A DNA stretch of 64,000 nt from Deltaproteobacteria bacterium (lineage in GTDB: Bacteria > Myxococcota_A > Polyangia > Polyangiales > Houyiibacteriaceae). How positions within the stretch are numbered: position 1 is the first letter of the stretch; each line of letters starts with the position of its first letter. The notes under the pieces were generated by a model that made no database searches, had not been told where the DNA came from, and saw nothing but the letters and a program-made list of their open reading frames with translations. The position numbers were made by a program, and so were the translations under genes. The stretch spans positions 64,001 through 128,000 of the forward strand of contig JAXMNT010000001.1 of the NCBI GenBank assembly GCA_034670305.1. Direction: 5' to 3'. Shown here piece after piece: positions 1 to 10,250 of the stretch.

Positions 1-2639
1 ACCCCGCCCATCAGCCCGCGCCCCACATCGCCGGCGTCCGACTCGGGGAAGCGGACGTGGACGCACGGGGCGCCCGCGTCGCGCGGGATGGAGCCACGGT
101 GTCGATCGGACTCGCGTCGCTTGGGCGCGGAGACACCCGTCGCGCGGTCGCGTCGCCCGCGCCCGAAGTGGATGGTCCCGAGGTGCGCATCGTGCGCGCG
201 GCGGGCGTCGTCGAGTGGTGGCGTTCGCTCCCGAGCGGACTCGAGCAGGGCGTGACCCTCGACGCGCGCCCGGCGGGAGACGGCGCGTTGCAGCTCGACA
301 TGTCGGTCGGTGAGGGGGTCGTGCCGAAGCGCATCGACGACGACGCGATCGCGCTCACAGACGCGTCGGGTCGGGAGCTCGCGCGCTACGCGCATCTCGC
401 CGTCGTGGACGCCCGCGGACGTCGCATCCCAGCTCGGATGCTCGTGGCCGGCGGCCACATCCGACTCGAAGTCGATGATCACAGCGCGCAGTACCCAATC
501 GTCGTCGACCCGCTCCTCGAGTTCGTGGAGCTGCCGCAGATCAATTCCACCATCCCACGCGAAGGGACCGCGGTGGCCATCTCTGCCGCGGGGGGCTGGG
601 CCATCGTGGGCGGGAGCAACCTAGTCCGGGTGTACTTCCGGGCAGGCGACGTATGGACGCCCGTCGACCACCACCCCAGCGTCCCCGATGGTTCGCGGTT
701 TGGTGCCTCGGTCGCCATCTCGTCGAACGGCCAGTACGTCGCGATCGGCGATCCTGGATACAACGGCAACCAAGGGCGGGTGCTCTTCTTTTCACGGCAC
801 AGCATCGGCGGCGTCTGGCGGTACCGCGACTTCTTCGCCGCCGTGCCCAGCCCCGGCTTGGACGGCGGTTCGCTCTTCGGGACCGCGGTCGCGCTCTCGG
901 ACGACGGCCTCCATCTCGTGGCGACCGCGAGCAACGACATCGTGGCAGGCGCCTCTTCAGGGACGGCCCGGTACTACACGTGCGTGCCGCCCACCTCATG
1001 CACGCAGCGTGCGGAGTTCGCGCCGCCGAGCCCGACCGGGCGATCCGGAGACGACTTTGGCGCATCGGTGGCCATCAATGCGGACGCCTCCATGATCGCG
1101 GTCGGAGCGCCTGGAGACAACGGGGAGCGTGGACACGTCTACGTGCACACCCGGTCCGGCAGCACCTGGACCTATCGGGCGCGGCTCTCCGCCCCGAGCG
1201 CGCAGGCCGGCGAACACTTCGGGACGTCCGTCGCGACCGACGGAACCCGGCTCCTGGTCGGTGCCGCGAACTTCGACGCAACAGCGGACTCTCGAGACGA
1301 CCATGGCCGAGTGATCTCCTTTGAGTGGACTGGAAGCACGTTCGCAAGCGCTGCGGAGGTTTCGCGGGGGGGCCACAACGCGCGCCTCGGCTTCTCACTC
1401 GCCATGGCGCGGCACACGGGCCGTCGAGCGGTCGCGGGCGCGTACACCGACGGGTACATTCGGTTCTTGAGCCGTGCTGGGTCGACCTGGACAGTTGGCG
1501 GCAACGCGACCCTCCCCGCCACCAGCCATTTTGGGTTCTCGGTGAGCATGTCGGGCGATGGCACCCGCGCGCTTGGTGGCGCCCCCAACGAGGGAACGGT
1601 GCGCTCGTACCGGCTCTGGGACGCGCAAGGCGAGCCGTGCACGGGAGGCGGAGACTGCCGCAACGGGCTTTGCGTGGATGGGGTGTGTTGCAACGACGCG
1701 TGCAACGACGCCTGCGAAGCGTGCAGCACGGCGGCCGGCAGCGCCGGCGCCAGCGGAACGTGCAGCGCACTGACGGCTGGGGCCGCCGCCGCGATCACCT
1801 GCCGGGCCGCCGCGCCGGGGGGGTGCGACGTCGCGGAGCAGTGTGTGGCCGGCGACCGTTCGTGTCCGACCAACCTGTTCTCCACCGAAGTCTGCCGGCC
1901 CGCCGATGGTCCGTGCGACGCCCCAGAGCGCTGTTCGGGCGCGGCTATGTGCCCGCCGGACATCGCCGTGGCCGCGGGCACGACGTGTCGAGGCATCGTC
2001 GGAGACACAGGATGCGACTTGGAGGACGTGTGTGATGGCACGTCGTCCGAGTGCGCGGACCGGGTGCACCCGGAAGGCACGAACTGTGGTGTGGCGGCTG
2101 GGCCATGCGACGACAACGACCTGTGCGACGACGCTGGGGTGTGCGTCGAGAACGTCCTCCCGGCAGGCACCGTCTGCAACGCGGGCGTGCTCGATGTCTG
2201 CGACACCGCGGACATGTGCAACGGGCTCACGATCGATTGTCCGATGCTCTACCTGGCGGACGTCATGTGTCGCGCCGCCGACGGCACGTGCGACACGCCG
2301 GAGTTCTGTTCCGGCGATGCGCCCGGCTGTCCGCCCGACGCGGTCGAATCCGCGGGCATGTCCTGCCGGGAGTCGACCGACGCGAGCTGCGATCCCTCCG
2401 AGCAGTGCGACGGCGTTGGTGCGGCGTGTCCCGCAGACGTGAACAGCTGCGGGGTCGAGGCCGACGCGGGCGGCGGCGAAGACGATGCAGGCGGCGGCGA
2501 AGACGACGCAGGCGTGGGCAGCGACGCGGGCGAGCCGGTCGCGGCCGCCGGATGTGGTTGCCGAGCACCGGGCACAGGCGGCGGTTTGCCGCTTGCGCTC
2601 TTCGCGCTCACCGCTTGGTTCGTACGGCGGCGCCGGTAG
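1..2639 (+). CDS. FG-GAP (integrin-alpha-like propeller) repeat protein with disintegrin-like Cys-rich repeats and MYXO-CTERM anchor; probably 5'-truncated
   Basis: Frame is open from the window edge (ORF track starts at GTG 57). Repeated FGxSVAxxxD...VGAP motifs, CRxxxGxCDxxExC repeats, C-terminal GCGCR + hydrophobic helix + RRRR. Confidence 0.85.
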   Translation, partial: PAHQPAPHIAGVRLGEADVDARGARVARDGATVSIGLASLGRGDTRRAVASPAPEVDGPEVRIVRAAGVVEWWRSLPSGLEQGVTLDARPAGDGALQLDMSVGEGVVPKRIDDDAIALTDASGRELARYAHLAVVDARGRRIPARMLVAGGHIRLEVDDHSAQYPIVVDPLLEFVELPQINSTIPREGTAVAISAAGGWAIVGGSNLVRVYFRAGDVWTPVDHHPSVPDGSRFGASVAISSNGQYVAIGDPGYNGNQGRVLFFSRHSIGGVWRYRDFFAAVPSPGLDGGSLFGTAVALSDDGLHLVATASNDIVAGASSGTARYYTCVPPTSCTQRAEFAPPSPTGRSGDDFGASVAINADASMIAVGAPGDNGERGHVYVHTRSGSTWTYRARLSAPSAQAGEHFGTSVATDGTRLLVGAANFDATADSRDDHGRVISFEWTGSTFASAAEVSRGGHNARLGFSLAMARHTGRRAVAGAYTDGYIRFLSRAGSTWTVGGNATLPATSHFGFSVSMSGDGTRALGGAPNEGTVRSYRLWDAQGEPCTGGGDCRNGLCVDGVCCNDACNDACEACSTAAGSAGASGTCSALTAGAAAAITCRAAAPGGCDVAEQCVAGDRSCPTNLFSTEVCRPADGPCDAPERCSGAAMCPPDIAVAAGTTCRGIVGDTGCDLEDVCDGTSSECADRVHPEGTNCGVAAGPCDDNDLCDDAGVCVENVLPAGTVCNAGVLDVCDTADMCNGLTIDCPMLYLADVMCRAADGTCDTPEFCSGDAPGCPPDAVESAGMSCRESTDASCDPSEQCDGVGAACPADVNSCGVEADAGGGEDDAGGGEDDAGVGSDAGEPVAAAGCGCRAPGTGGGLPLALFALTAWFVRRRR

Positions 2640-2660
2640 GTGCTAAAACAGCGCGGTCAA

Positions 2661-2800
2661 CGACGTGAACGCTCGAGGCGCAAGCCGACGTGAAGAACGA
2701 CGACGTGAAGAGAACGACGTGAAGACAGCTCTGCGACTCCCGAAGCCAGCACTGCGATTCCCAAGGCCAGCACTGCGACTCCCCAGGCCAGCACAGCCAG
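2661..2800 (+). repeat. Intergenic short repeats: 4x CGACGTGAA, then 3 tandem 21-bp units CTGCGAYTCCCNNNGCCAGCA
   Basis: CGACGTGAA at 2661, 2686, 2701, 2715; 21-mers at 2731, 2752, 2773. Confidence 0.8.
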
Positions 2801-2823
2801 CACCGGCCGGGACCCACACCGAC

Positions 2824-4467
2824 GTGAACCGAACCCCCCGCGTGATCCTCGCGGTCACACTGGCGTGCGGCGCTTTCGTGGCGTCGAGCGCCCACGCCTC
2901 CACCTCGCCAGAGCGGACCTGGCGTGCCGAGATCACGCCCCGCGCGCCGGTCGCCATGGAAGACCAGTTGCTCGATGCGATGGCGCCCGATGAGTCGCTC
3001 TCCGGTTTCTCGGTGGCCATCGACGGGGACCGGGCGCTCGTCGGTGCACCGGGTTCTTTCGGGGCACAGACCGGCCGCGTGTACGTCTTCGAGCGTGCCG
3101 CCGGTCGCTGGTCGCGCGTCGACGAAATCGACAACCCGGATGGCATGGTCGGGAGCTTTGGATTCTCGGTCGCGCTTCGAGGGAACGTCGCGGTCATCGG
3201 CGAGCCAGCCGCCTCGGGCGCCGCGCGGCCGGGTCGCGCGCACCGATACGAGTTCGATGGTTCGGAGTGGATGGGTGAAGAACTCACGCGTCCCGGCGAC
3301 GCCCCGAACCGGTTCGGTACGTCGGTCGCCATCTCGGATCAGTGGATCGCCGTCGGTGCGCCGGACACCGACAGCAGCGCGGCGGCAGGCGCCGTGTATG
3401 TCTACCCGATCGACGGCGTCGCAGCCGAGGCTGTGGCCCCGGGCGAGGTGGAAGCCGACGACCGGTTCGGCGAGAGCGTCGCGCTGTCTGGGGACTCCCT
3501 GCTCGTCGGCGCACCCGGCGATGACCTGCAGGGCATGAACGTGGGCGCGGTCTACCCGTTCGAGCACGACGGCGCGTCGTGGGTCGGGGGCGCTGTGCTG
3601 CGACCCGGGCTGGCGGACCGCGCAGAGTTCGGCATCGGCGTCGCGCTCGCCGACGGTGGGCGGCAAGCGCTCGTCGGCGCGCCGGAGGAAGCGGAGGGCG
3701 GCCTGGCCTTCGTCTACGTGCGCAGCGCGACTTCCGAAGCATGGCCTGCGCCGCAACGGCTACAGGCCGACGAACGCACCAGCAGCGACAACTTCGGCGC
3801 ATCGGTCGCGCTCGAGGACGGTGTCGCGGTGGTTGGCAACCCGCTGGACGATGGCGACGCAGCCGATGTTGGCAGCGCTTCGCTCTTCTTGCGGCGTGGT
3901 GAAGTCTGGTCCGAGGTCACGCGCTTCGCGCTGTCGGAGGCCCGGGCGATGGACGCGCTTGCCACCCACGTGGCCGTCTCCGGTCGCACCGTGCTGGCGG
4001 GAGGTCCCGGCCGCGCGAGTCGGGCTGGACTGACCGCCACGTTTCCACTGCCGGATCCCGAAGGCACGGCGTGCAGTGCGGACGGCCGCTGCGAGTCCGG
4101 CTTCTGCGTCGACGGAGTGTGTTGCGAGTCCAGTTGCGGGGGCGGCTCGTCGACGGACTGCCTGGTGTGCAGCGTCGCAGCCGGCGCCGCCGCCGACGGC
4201 CGTTGCGATCCGCGGGAGGCAGCCGCGACCTGCGACGGCCTGTGCGGCGGAGCGGGCACCTGCGACGAAGAGGGCATGTGCTCCTCCGACTGCCCCGACA
4301 CCGGCATGCCGGACAGCGGGGGTACGCTGGACGGCGGCAGGCCTCCGGTGGTGCAGGTCAGCGGCTGCGCGTGTCGCACCACGTCCCCGGACGATGGGGC
4401 GGCCATGCTCTGGGGCGGGCTCTTCGTGTTCGTCCTCGTCGCGCGACGTCGGCGGTCGGCGCTCTAG
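2824..4467 (+). CDS. FG-GAP repeat protein with Cys-rich region and MYXO-CTERM anchor
   Basis: Signal peptide after GTG 2824 (VILAVTLACGAFVASSAHA); FGxSVALxGD..VGAP repeats; C-terminal GCAC + TM + RRRR. ORF track start is 2665. Confidence 0.85.
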   Translation: MNRTPRVILAVTLACGAFVASSAHASTSPERTWRAEITPRAPVAMEDQLLDAMAPDESLSGFSVAIDGDRALVGAPGSFGAQTGRVYVFERAAGRWSRVDEIDNPDGMVGSFGFSVALRGNVAVIGEPAASGAARPGRAHRYEFDGSEWMGEELTRPGDAPNRFGTSVAISDQWIAVGAPDTDSSAAAGAVYVYPIDGVAAEAVAPGEVEADDRFGESVALSGDSLLVGAPGDDLQGMNVGAVYPFEHDGASWVGGAVLRPGLADRAEFGIGVALADGGRQALVGAPEEAEGGLAFVYVRSATSEAWPAPQRLQADERTSSDNFGASVALEDGVAVVGNPLDDGDAADVGSASLFLRRGEVWSEVTRFALSEARAMDALATHVAVSGRTVLAGGPGRASRAGLTATFPLPDPEGTACSADGRCESGFCVDGVCCESSCGGGSSTDCLVCSVAAGAAADGRCDPREAAATCDGLCGGAGTCDEEGMCSSDCPDTGMPDSGGTLDGGRPPVVQVSGCACRTTSPDDGAAMLWGGLFVFVLVARRRRSAL

Positions 4468-5570
4468 AAGTGGCCCACGCAGCTCACGCCGAGCTGCGCG
4501 AAGGGGCCGCACGCAACGGCCTGCTCGTCGTCGTCGTCGCTCGGCGCACCGGCGAGCAGCGCGATGCCAGCGGCGAGAAACGCACCCGCGCCCACGTATC
4601 CGATCCAGATGAATGGAAGCGTGAGTCGGTAGCGGTTCTCGAGGTCGTAGCATTCGGGCGCGCCACCCGGCAGAACGTCTTCGCTCTCGGGATCCGCGGC
4701 GCAGGCGCCCGCTTCGAGGTTGACGTTCAAGGTCGACACCGCATCCGACCAGATCACGTTCGCGACGACGCCAGCGATGAGAAACGCGCCCGCGCCCGCC
4801 ATGCTCGCGATGCCGAGCCGGCGGTGGAGCGCGCCCGGATCCTCTGCGGTGGCTGCGACCAGCCGCACGAGTTCGATCGAGATCGTCTCCTGCTCGCCTC
4901 CGCGCACGTGCACGCGCCGGGTGGTGGGCTCGTAGCCTTCGGCGCGCGCGACCAGCTCGTGCTCGCCGAGATCCAGCACGAGCTCCGTGCCCTCGAAAGG
5001 TTCACCATCGACGTCCACCCGCGCACCGGGGACGCTCGTGTGGACCTCGAAGTGTCCCAGGAACGATCGCGCCCGCGCGAGCAACGACTCGACGTCCTCG
5101 CGCATGTCCGTGGTGAGCGGCCGCACGCTCGTCGCGAGCGATCGCTCCAGCCAGTCGATGGCTTCGCGGTAGTTGCGGAGCGCAAACGCGGTCATGCCCA
5201 GCACCCGCTCGACCCGGGCGGTCGGCTGCGCTTCGTACGCGCGCCGGAGCAGCGCGTACGCCTCGTTGTAGCTTCCCGCGCCGTACTCTCGGACCGCCTC
5301 CGCCAGCAGCGCCTGGCTCGGGTCTGGTTCGACCGCGGCCACCGACGCTTGGCTGCCATCCGCTGAGTCGTTGCTCTCGGCGACCTCGCTGCGACTCCCA
5401 GAGCCAGCACCGTCGGCTTGTGCCTCGGCTGTGGTGCCTGGGAGCACCGCAAGTAGGCAGGCCACCGCGATGAGCTGGCGGCCAAGGCGGACCCATGCCT
5501 GGGAAGGCCCGTTCGCGTTGGGGAGGTCGCGTCCTGGGGGGGGTGTACGCATGGTGGGCATCGCCGTCAT
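4464..5570 (-). CDS. TPR + PEGA domain protein
   Basis: Signal peptide, TPR-like AVREYGAGSYNEAYALLRRAY, PEGA-like VPGARVDVDG...GEHELVARAEGY, C-terminal TMs and terminal F; 4-nt overlap with the upstream kinase. Confidence 0.8.
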   Translation of the reverse strand: MTAMPTMRTPPPGRDLPNANGPSQAWVRLGRQLIAVACLLAVLPGTTAEAQADGAGSGSRSEVAESNDSADGSQASVAAVEPDPSQALLAEAVREYGAGSYNEAYALLRRAYEAQPTARVERVLGMTAFALRNYREAIDWLERSLATSVRPLTTDMREDVESLLARARSFLGHFEVHTSVPGARVDVDGEPFEGTELVLDLGEHELVARAEGYEPTTRRVHVRGGEQETISIELVRLVAATAEDPGALHRRLGIASMAGAGAFLIAGVVANVIWSDAVSTLNVNLEAGACAADPESEDVLPGGAPECYDLENRYRLTLPFIWIGYVGAGAFLAAGIALLAGAPSDDDDEQAVACGPFAQLGVSCVGHF

Positions 5571-7153
5571 AGGTCGTCCAAGCTGATCTCGCCCGCGCGG
5601 TGATGGCGCCCCATCTCGGTGGGCGTCTCCATCGGGGTGGTGGTCGTTGTGGTCGTTGTCGTCGTGGTCATCGGAGTCGTCGTCTCGTCGGCGGACGCAG
5701 CGGTCATCGCAGTCCTGGCCTCGGGAGTCCCAGTGCTGGCTCTGGCCGCAGTGCTGGCTTCGGTCATCGCAGCGGTGGCCATCGACACCATCGGCGAGGG
5801 ATCGGTCATCGTCGTCTCGGCCACGTCGTTCTGCATCCCGAGCGTCATGGCGACGGAGTGGTTCCGGATTCGTGACCTCGGTTCCATGACGGAGGCCATG
5901 GGCGTGGGGCGGGGCGCGGCCACCGTGGCCGCTTGCGTTGACGGCTCTGCGACCGGGGTGGCTTCGACCGCGGGCGGTGTCGGTGCGACGGCGGTCGTCC
6001 CATCACGTGGCGGGGACACGTCGCCCACGGTTTGTACATCGTTCACTGGCTCGTCCCCCGCACTGAGACCCGGAAGGACCACGCCGAGAACGGCACCCAC
6101 AGCCAGGAGCGCGGCGCCCATGACCCACACCCGCCGCGACGTGCCAGCGACGGGACGTTCGTCCATCGACTCGATGGCACGCGCGGGCGCCGGCGCGTCG
6201 GGCGCATCGCCCGCGGCCGTCTCACCAAAGACATCGAGACCCGCTGGCACCACCTGCCGCGCGGAGGGTGCGACGTAGTCCCCCTGGGTCTCGAGCACGT
6301 GTTCGAGCTGCGTTCGAAGGGTGCGCGCCGACGCGGTCCTCGCGCCCGGATCGCGCGCGAGCGCTTCTTCCAGCACGCGCGAGAGTTCGGGTGGCACGTT
6401 CGGCACACGCGCGGAGAGCGGCACGATGTCACCCACGACGAGCGCGACCAGGATGGCGTGCGCCACAGGGGATTCGATCTCGATCGGATAGTGTTCGGAG
6501 AGGCAGTGGTAGACCATCACCGCGGCGGCCCACACGTCGGTCCAAGCGCCGATCTCCGACTGCCGCCCCTGCGCCTGCTCAGGGGACATGAAGTAGGGGG
6601 TCCCGAGCATCGCGCCGGTCTTGGTCGCTTGTGACTCGTTGCCTTCGGTCAACTTCGCGATGCCGAAGTCGAGCAACTTCGGGACCATGCGCCCGTCGCG
6701 CGTCCGGCTCAGGAACACGTTGTCGGGTTTCACGTCGCGATGCACGATTCCGTGGTCGTGTGCAGCGCCGAGCGCGTCGAGCACGGGGCCGACGATTTCG
6801 AGCGTCTCAGAGAGGCTCAAGTGCCCCTTCGACTCGAGGTGGTCACCGAGCGACACCCCTTCGAGGAACTCGAGCACCATGAAACACCCATCGCCGTCGA
6901 CCTCGATGTCGCGTACGTCGACGACGTTCGGATGTTCGAGCTTGGAGGCCGCGCGCGCTTCCCGCACGAAGCGCGAGACGACATCGGGCGAGCTCATCAT
7001 GTGCGGGTGCAGGATCTTGATCGCGACCCGCCGATCGAGCTGCAGGTGGTGTGCGCCGTACACCGCACCGAAACCTCCGGTGCCGAGCAACCGCTCGAGC
7101 CGGTACTTGCCCCCGACGACCGTCCCCACGCGGTCTTGTTCTTGCGTGCTCAC
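5567..7153 (-). CDS. Membrane Ser/Thr protein kinase (Pkn type)
   Basis: GTGGFG, VAIK, HRDVKPDN, DFG, GTPYFMSPEQ; one TM; Thr/Met-rich tail. Confidence 0.95.
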   Translation of the reverse strand: MSTQEQDRVGTVVGGKYRLERLLGTGGFGAVYGAHHLQLDRRVAIKILHPHMMSSPDVVSRFVREARAASKLEHPNVVDVRDIEVDGDGCFMVLEFLEGVSLGDHLESKGHLSLSETLEIVGPVLDALGAAHDHGIVHRDVKPDNVFLSRTRDGRMVPKLLDFGIAKLTEGNESQATKTGAMLGTPYFMSPEQAQGRQSEIGAWTDVWAAAVMVYHCLSEHYPIEIESPVAHAILVALVVGDIVPLSARVPNVPPELSRVLEEALARDPGARTASARTLRTQLEHVLETQGDYVAPSARQVVPAGLDVFGETAAGDAPDAPAPARAIESMDERPVAGTSRRVWVMGAALLAVGAVLGVVLPGLSAGDEPVNDVQTVGDVSPPRDGTTAVAPTPPAVEATPVAEPSTQAATVAAPRPTPMASVMEPRSRIRNHSVAMTLGMQNDVAETTMTDPSPMVSMATAAMTEASTAARASTGTPEARTAMTAASADETTTPMTTTTTTTTTTTPMETPTEMGRHHRAGEISLDDL

Positions 7154-7346
7154 CCCACCGAATATCTACCACGGGCTCGCTCGACCGAACACATCGCAAG
7201 CGTTCCGTGAACTTGCGGTTGAGGCGCGTTTTGCGCCGTGGCCGCCCCAAAGCATCGGTCCCGGTCCATGGACGCCAAGACTTCAGCAGTTCGGCGGGGC
7301 GAACACAGATCCCAGCCGCCAGGGAAACTCGGGTCCCAGCCGGCGC

Positions 7347-9059
7347 TCAGATTCGGTCGTCGTAGGCGTGGCGGGGGATGGGGCAGTGCAGCAGCGTGAA
7401 CACGTCGCGGTCCTCTGCAAAGGCGGCGGCGAGTTCGGTCTGCAGCTGGGCCAGCGATTCGATCCGAACGCCGACGCCGCCAAAGGCGCGGGCGATGGCG
7501 GCGTAGTCGGTGCCAGCGAAGTCCGGGTCGGTGCCGCCGAAGTCGACACCCAGGTTGGGCAGGTCGCGGGCGCGTTGCTTCTTCTCGATCAGCGCGAGTG
7601 AGCGGTCGTCGAACACGACGATCATCACCGGCAACTTCTCGTCGCGGAACGTGCCGAGCTCGCCGAGCGCCATCTCGAGGCCGCCGTCTCCGATCACCGC
7701 GAGCACCGGCCGTTGTGGCTCGGCGATCTTGGCGCCTGCCGCGAAGCCGAGCGCGCACGCCATGGTGCTCGTGCCGTTGGACTGGACGAGGCGGGCTGGT
7801 TCTCGGAACCGCCACTGCTGGCAGATCAAGATGCGGTGCGCGCCGGTGTCGACGCACACGATGGCTTCGGGTGGGGTGTGTTGCTCGAGCACCGCGATGA
7901 GCCCGGTGGGTTCGAAGGTGTCTGTGGATGGGAACGCGTCGCGCAGCTGCTTGCGTGCGACTTCGGGTCCCTCCGATCCAGAGTGTTCGCCGCCGGACCA
8001 ACCACCGTCGTGTGCGACGCCGTCGAAGAGTTGTCGGACCAGCGTCGCGGGGTCGCCGACCAGGGTCGAGGTCGCGCGGAACATCCCGTGCAACCCGGCG
8101 CCGCGCGCGAGCTCGATGATCGTTGCGTCTTCGGCGAAGGGGTGCCGCCACGCATGTCGAAGCTCGACCGGGTCGAAGCCGACCAAGACCACGACGTCCG
8201 CGTCGCGTACGAGTGGCAAGACGATGGCGTTGGCGCGCGGACTGAGGCCCGCCGCGCCGACGCAGCGCGGATCGTGTTCGTCGACGACGCCCTTGGCTTC
8301 GTAGCTGGTCACGACCGGCAGCGGGCAGCGCGCGTGCACTTCTCTCAACGCTTCGGCGGCGCCCGGTGCGAGCGCGCCGAGCCCGACGAGCAAGAGCGGC
8401 CGCTTCGCGTTCTGAATCGAATGCCGCAGTGCGCTCAACGTGGTGTGGTCTCCGCATCCGGACCGCACGTGTTCCCACAGCGACGCCGAGTGGGGCTCGG
8501 CCGGTTGGTCGGCGACGTCGACCGGCACCTCGATGTGGACGACGCCGGGCACGCCTTCCTTGGCCAGGGCGATCGCCCGTTCGACGACTTCGCCGACGGT
8601 GCCGGCCGCGACGACGAAGCTCGCTTTCACGAGCGGCCGGAGGACCGACACATGGTCGAACACCTGGTGGGTGTAGGTGCCCGCGTCGGCGGCGGCGACG
8701 CAGCCGGTCAGCACCACAAGCGGCTGCCGCGATTGCTGCGCGTGGCTCACCACGTTGACGCAGTTGGCGACGCCGGGCCCGAGGGTCGCGACGAGCACAC
8801 CGAGCGCGTCCCCACCTTCGGCACCTTTCCATCGGTCCGACCGCAGCGCGCCTTCGGCCATGAACCCAGCGCTCGACTCGTGGCGGGCGAGCACGAACCG
8901 CGTCCCGGCCAATCGGAGCGCGTCGATGAGGCTGAGCACCTCGCCGCCCGGCACCCCGAACGCGAAACGGGTCTCGCGCGCCAACCGCTGTGCGATCACA
9001 TCGACCACCCGGATCTCTCGAACCTCACTCGATGACGGCATCGCGTCTCCACTCGTCAC
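7347..9059 (-). CDS. ThDP-dependent enzyme (acetolactate synthase large subunit-like)
   Basis: FGVPGG, RHE, TLGPGVAN, DTGAH, GDGG...DD cofactor motif. Confidence 0.88.
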   Translation of the reverse strand: MTSGDAMPSSSEVREIRVVDVIAQRLARETRFAFGVPGGEVLSLIDALRLAGTRFVLARHESSAGFMAEGALRSDRWKGAEGGDALGVLVATLGPGVANCVNVVSHAQQSRQPLVVLTGCVAAADAGTYTHQVFDHVSVLRPLVKASFVVAAGTVGEVVERAIALAKEGVPGVVHIEVPVDVADQPAEPHSASLWEHVRSGCGDHTTLSALRHSIQNAKRPLLLVGLGALAPGAAEALREVHARCPLPVVTSYEAKGVVDEHDPRCVGAAGLSPRANAIVLPLVRDADVVVLVGFDPVELRHAWRHPFAEDATIIELARGAGLHGMFRATSTLVGDPATLVRQLFDGVAHDGGWSGGEHSGSEGPEVARKQLRDAFPSTDTFEPTGLIAVLEQHTPPEAIVCVDTGAHRILICQQWRFREPARLVQSNGTSTMACALGFAAGAKIAEPQRPVLAVIGDGGLEMALGELGTFRDEKLPVMIVVFDDRSLALIEKKQRARDLPNLGVDFGGTDPDFAGTDYAAIARAFGGVGVRIESLAQLQTELAAAFAEDRDVFTLLHCPIPRHAYDDRI

Positions 9060-10242
9060 GTTGGGCGCGGTCGATGCCGAGCTCGTCCAGGATCTCGTCG
9101 GTGTGCTCGCCCCGCATTGGTGGAGGCCGCCGATAGCGCACCGGGGTCTCGCTCATCTTCAGCGGGTTGCCGAGCAGCCGCACTCCGTCCGGGCTCGCCG
9201 GGTGCGGCATGTCGATCTGCATGCCGCGGTGCTGGGTCTGGGGATCGTCGAACACCCGGTCGAGGGTGTTCACCGGACCGACCGGGACCATCGCCTTCTT
9301 CAGCGCCGAGACCCAGTCGTCGGTGGTTCGGGTTCGCGCGCATGCGGTGAGAAGCTCGACGAGCGCGTCGCGGTGCCGCAGTCGATCCGAGTTGGTTCGG
9401 AAACGTTCGTCCGTCGCGAGCTCGGGCCGCCCCATCGTTTCGCACAAGCGTCCGTACTGCGCGTCGTTGCCGACGGCGATCACCACGTGCCCGTCCGCGG
9501 TCTCGAACACCTGGTAGGGCACGATGTTCGGATGCGCGTTGCCGAAGCGGCGCGGCGCCGAGCCACTCGCCAAAAAGTTCGTCGCCGCGTTGATGAGCCA
9601 GGCGACCTGCGCGTCGTAGAGCGCAAGATCGATGTGTTGTCCCTGGCCGGTTCGGTCGCGGTGTCGAAGCGCCGCGAGCACGCCCACGCTCGCGTACATG
9701 CCGCACATCACGTCCGCGATGCCGACCCCGACTTTGACCGGCTGTCCGTCGGGGTCGCCGGTCAACGACATCACGCCGCCCATCGCCTGCACGAGAAAGT
9801 CGTAGCCAGGTTCGGCGGCGCGCGGACCGGTTTGGCCGAAGCCGCTGATCGAGAGGTACACGAGCTTCGGGTGGTCGGCGCGCAGGTCCTCGTACCCGAG
9901 CCTTCGTTTGGCCAGGTCGCCGACTTTGTAGTTCTCGACCAGCACGTCGGCGCCGGCAGCCAGCCGCCGAACGAGCGCCGCGCCAGCCGGCTTGGTGAAG
10001 TCGATCGCGATCGACCGCTTGTTCCGGTTCGCGCAGAGGTAGTAGGCGCTCTCGGTGGTGTCGGTGCCGTCGGCGTCTTTCACAAAGGGTGGGCCCCAGC
10101 GCCGGGTGTCGTCGCCGTGTCCGGGCCGTTCGACTTTGATGACTTCCGCGCCCAGGTCGCCCAGCAACTGGGTGCAGGTGGGGCCCGCCAGGATGCGGCT
10201 CAGGTCGAGCACGCGGATGCCTTCCAGCGCGCCGGCCATCAT
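9025..10242 (-). CDS. Family III CoA-transferase (CaiB/BaiF)
   Basis: LEGIRVLDLSRILAGP, GAEVIKVE, NRNKRS, GYD catalytic motif. Start trimmed to ATG 10242 from the longer ORF. Confidence 0.93.
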   Translation of the reverse strand: MMAGALEGIRVLDLSRILAGPTCTQLLGDLGAEVIKVERPGHGDDTRRWGPPFVKDADGTDTTESAYYLCANRNKRSIAIDFTKPAGAALVRRLAAGADVLVENYKVGDLAKRRLGYEDLRADHPKLVYLSISGFGQTGPRAAEPGYDFLVQAMGGVMSLTGDPDGQPVKVGVGIADVMCGMYASVGVLAALRHRDRTGQGQHIDLALYDAQVAWLINAATNFLASGSAPRRFGNAHPNIVPYQVFETADGHVVIAVGNDAQYGRLCETMGRPELATDERFRTNSDRLRHRDALVELLTACARTRTTDDWVSALKKAMVPVGPVNTLDRVFDDPQTQHRGMQIDMPHPASPDGVRLLGNPLKMSETPVRYRRPPPMRGEHTDEILDELGIDRAQRDEWRRDAVIE

Positions 10243-10250
10243 GCCGGCGG

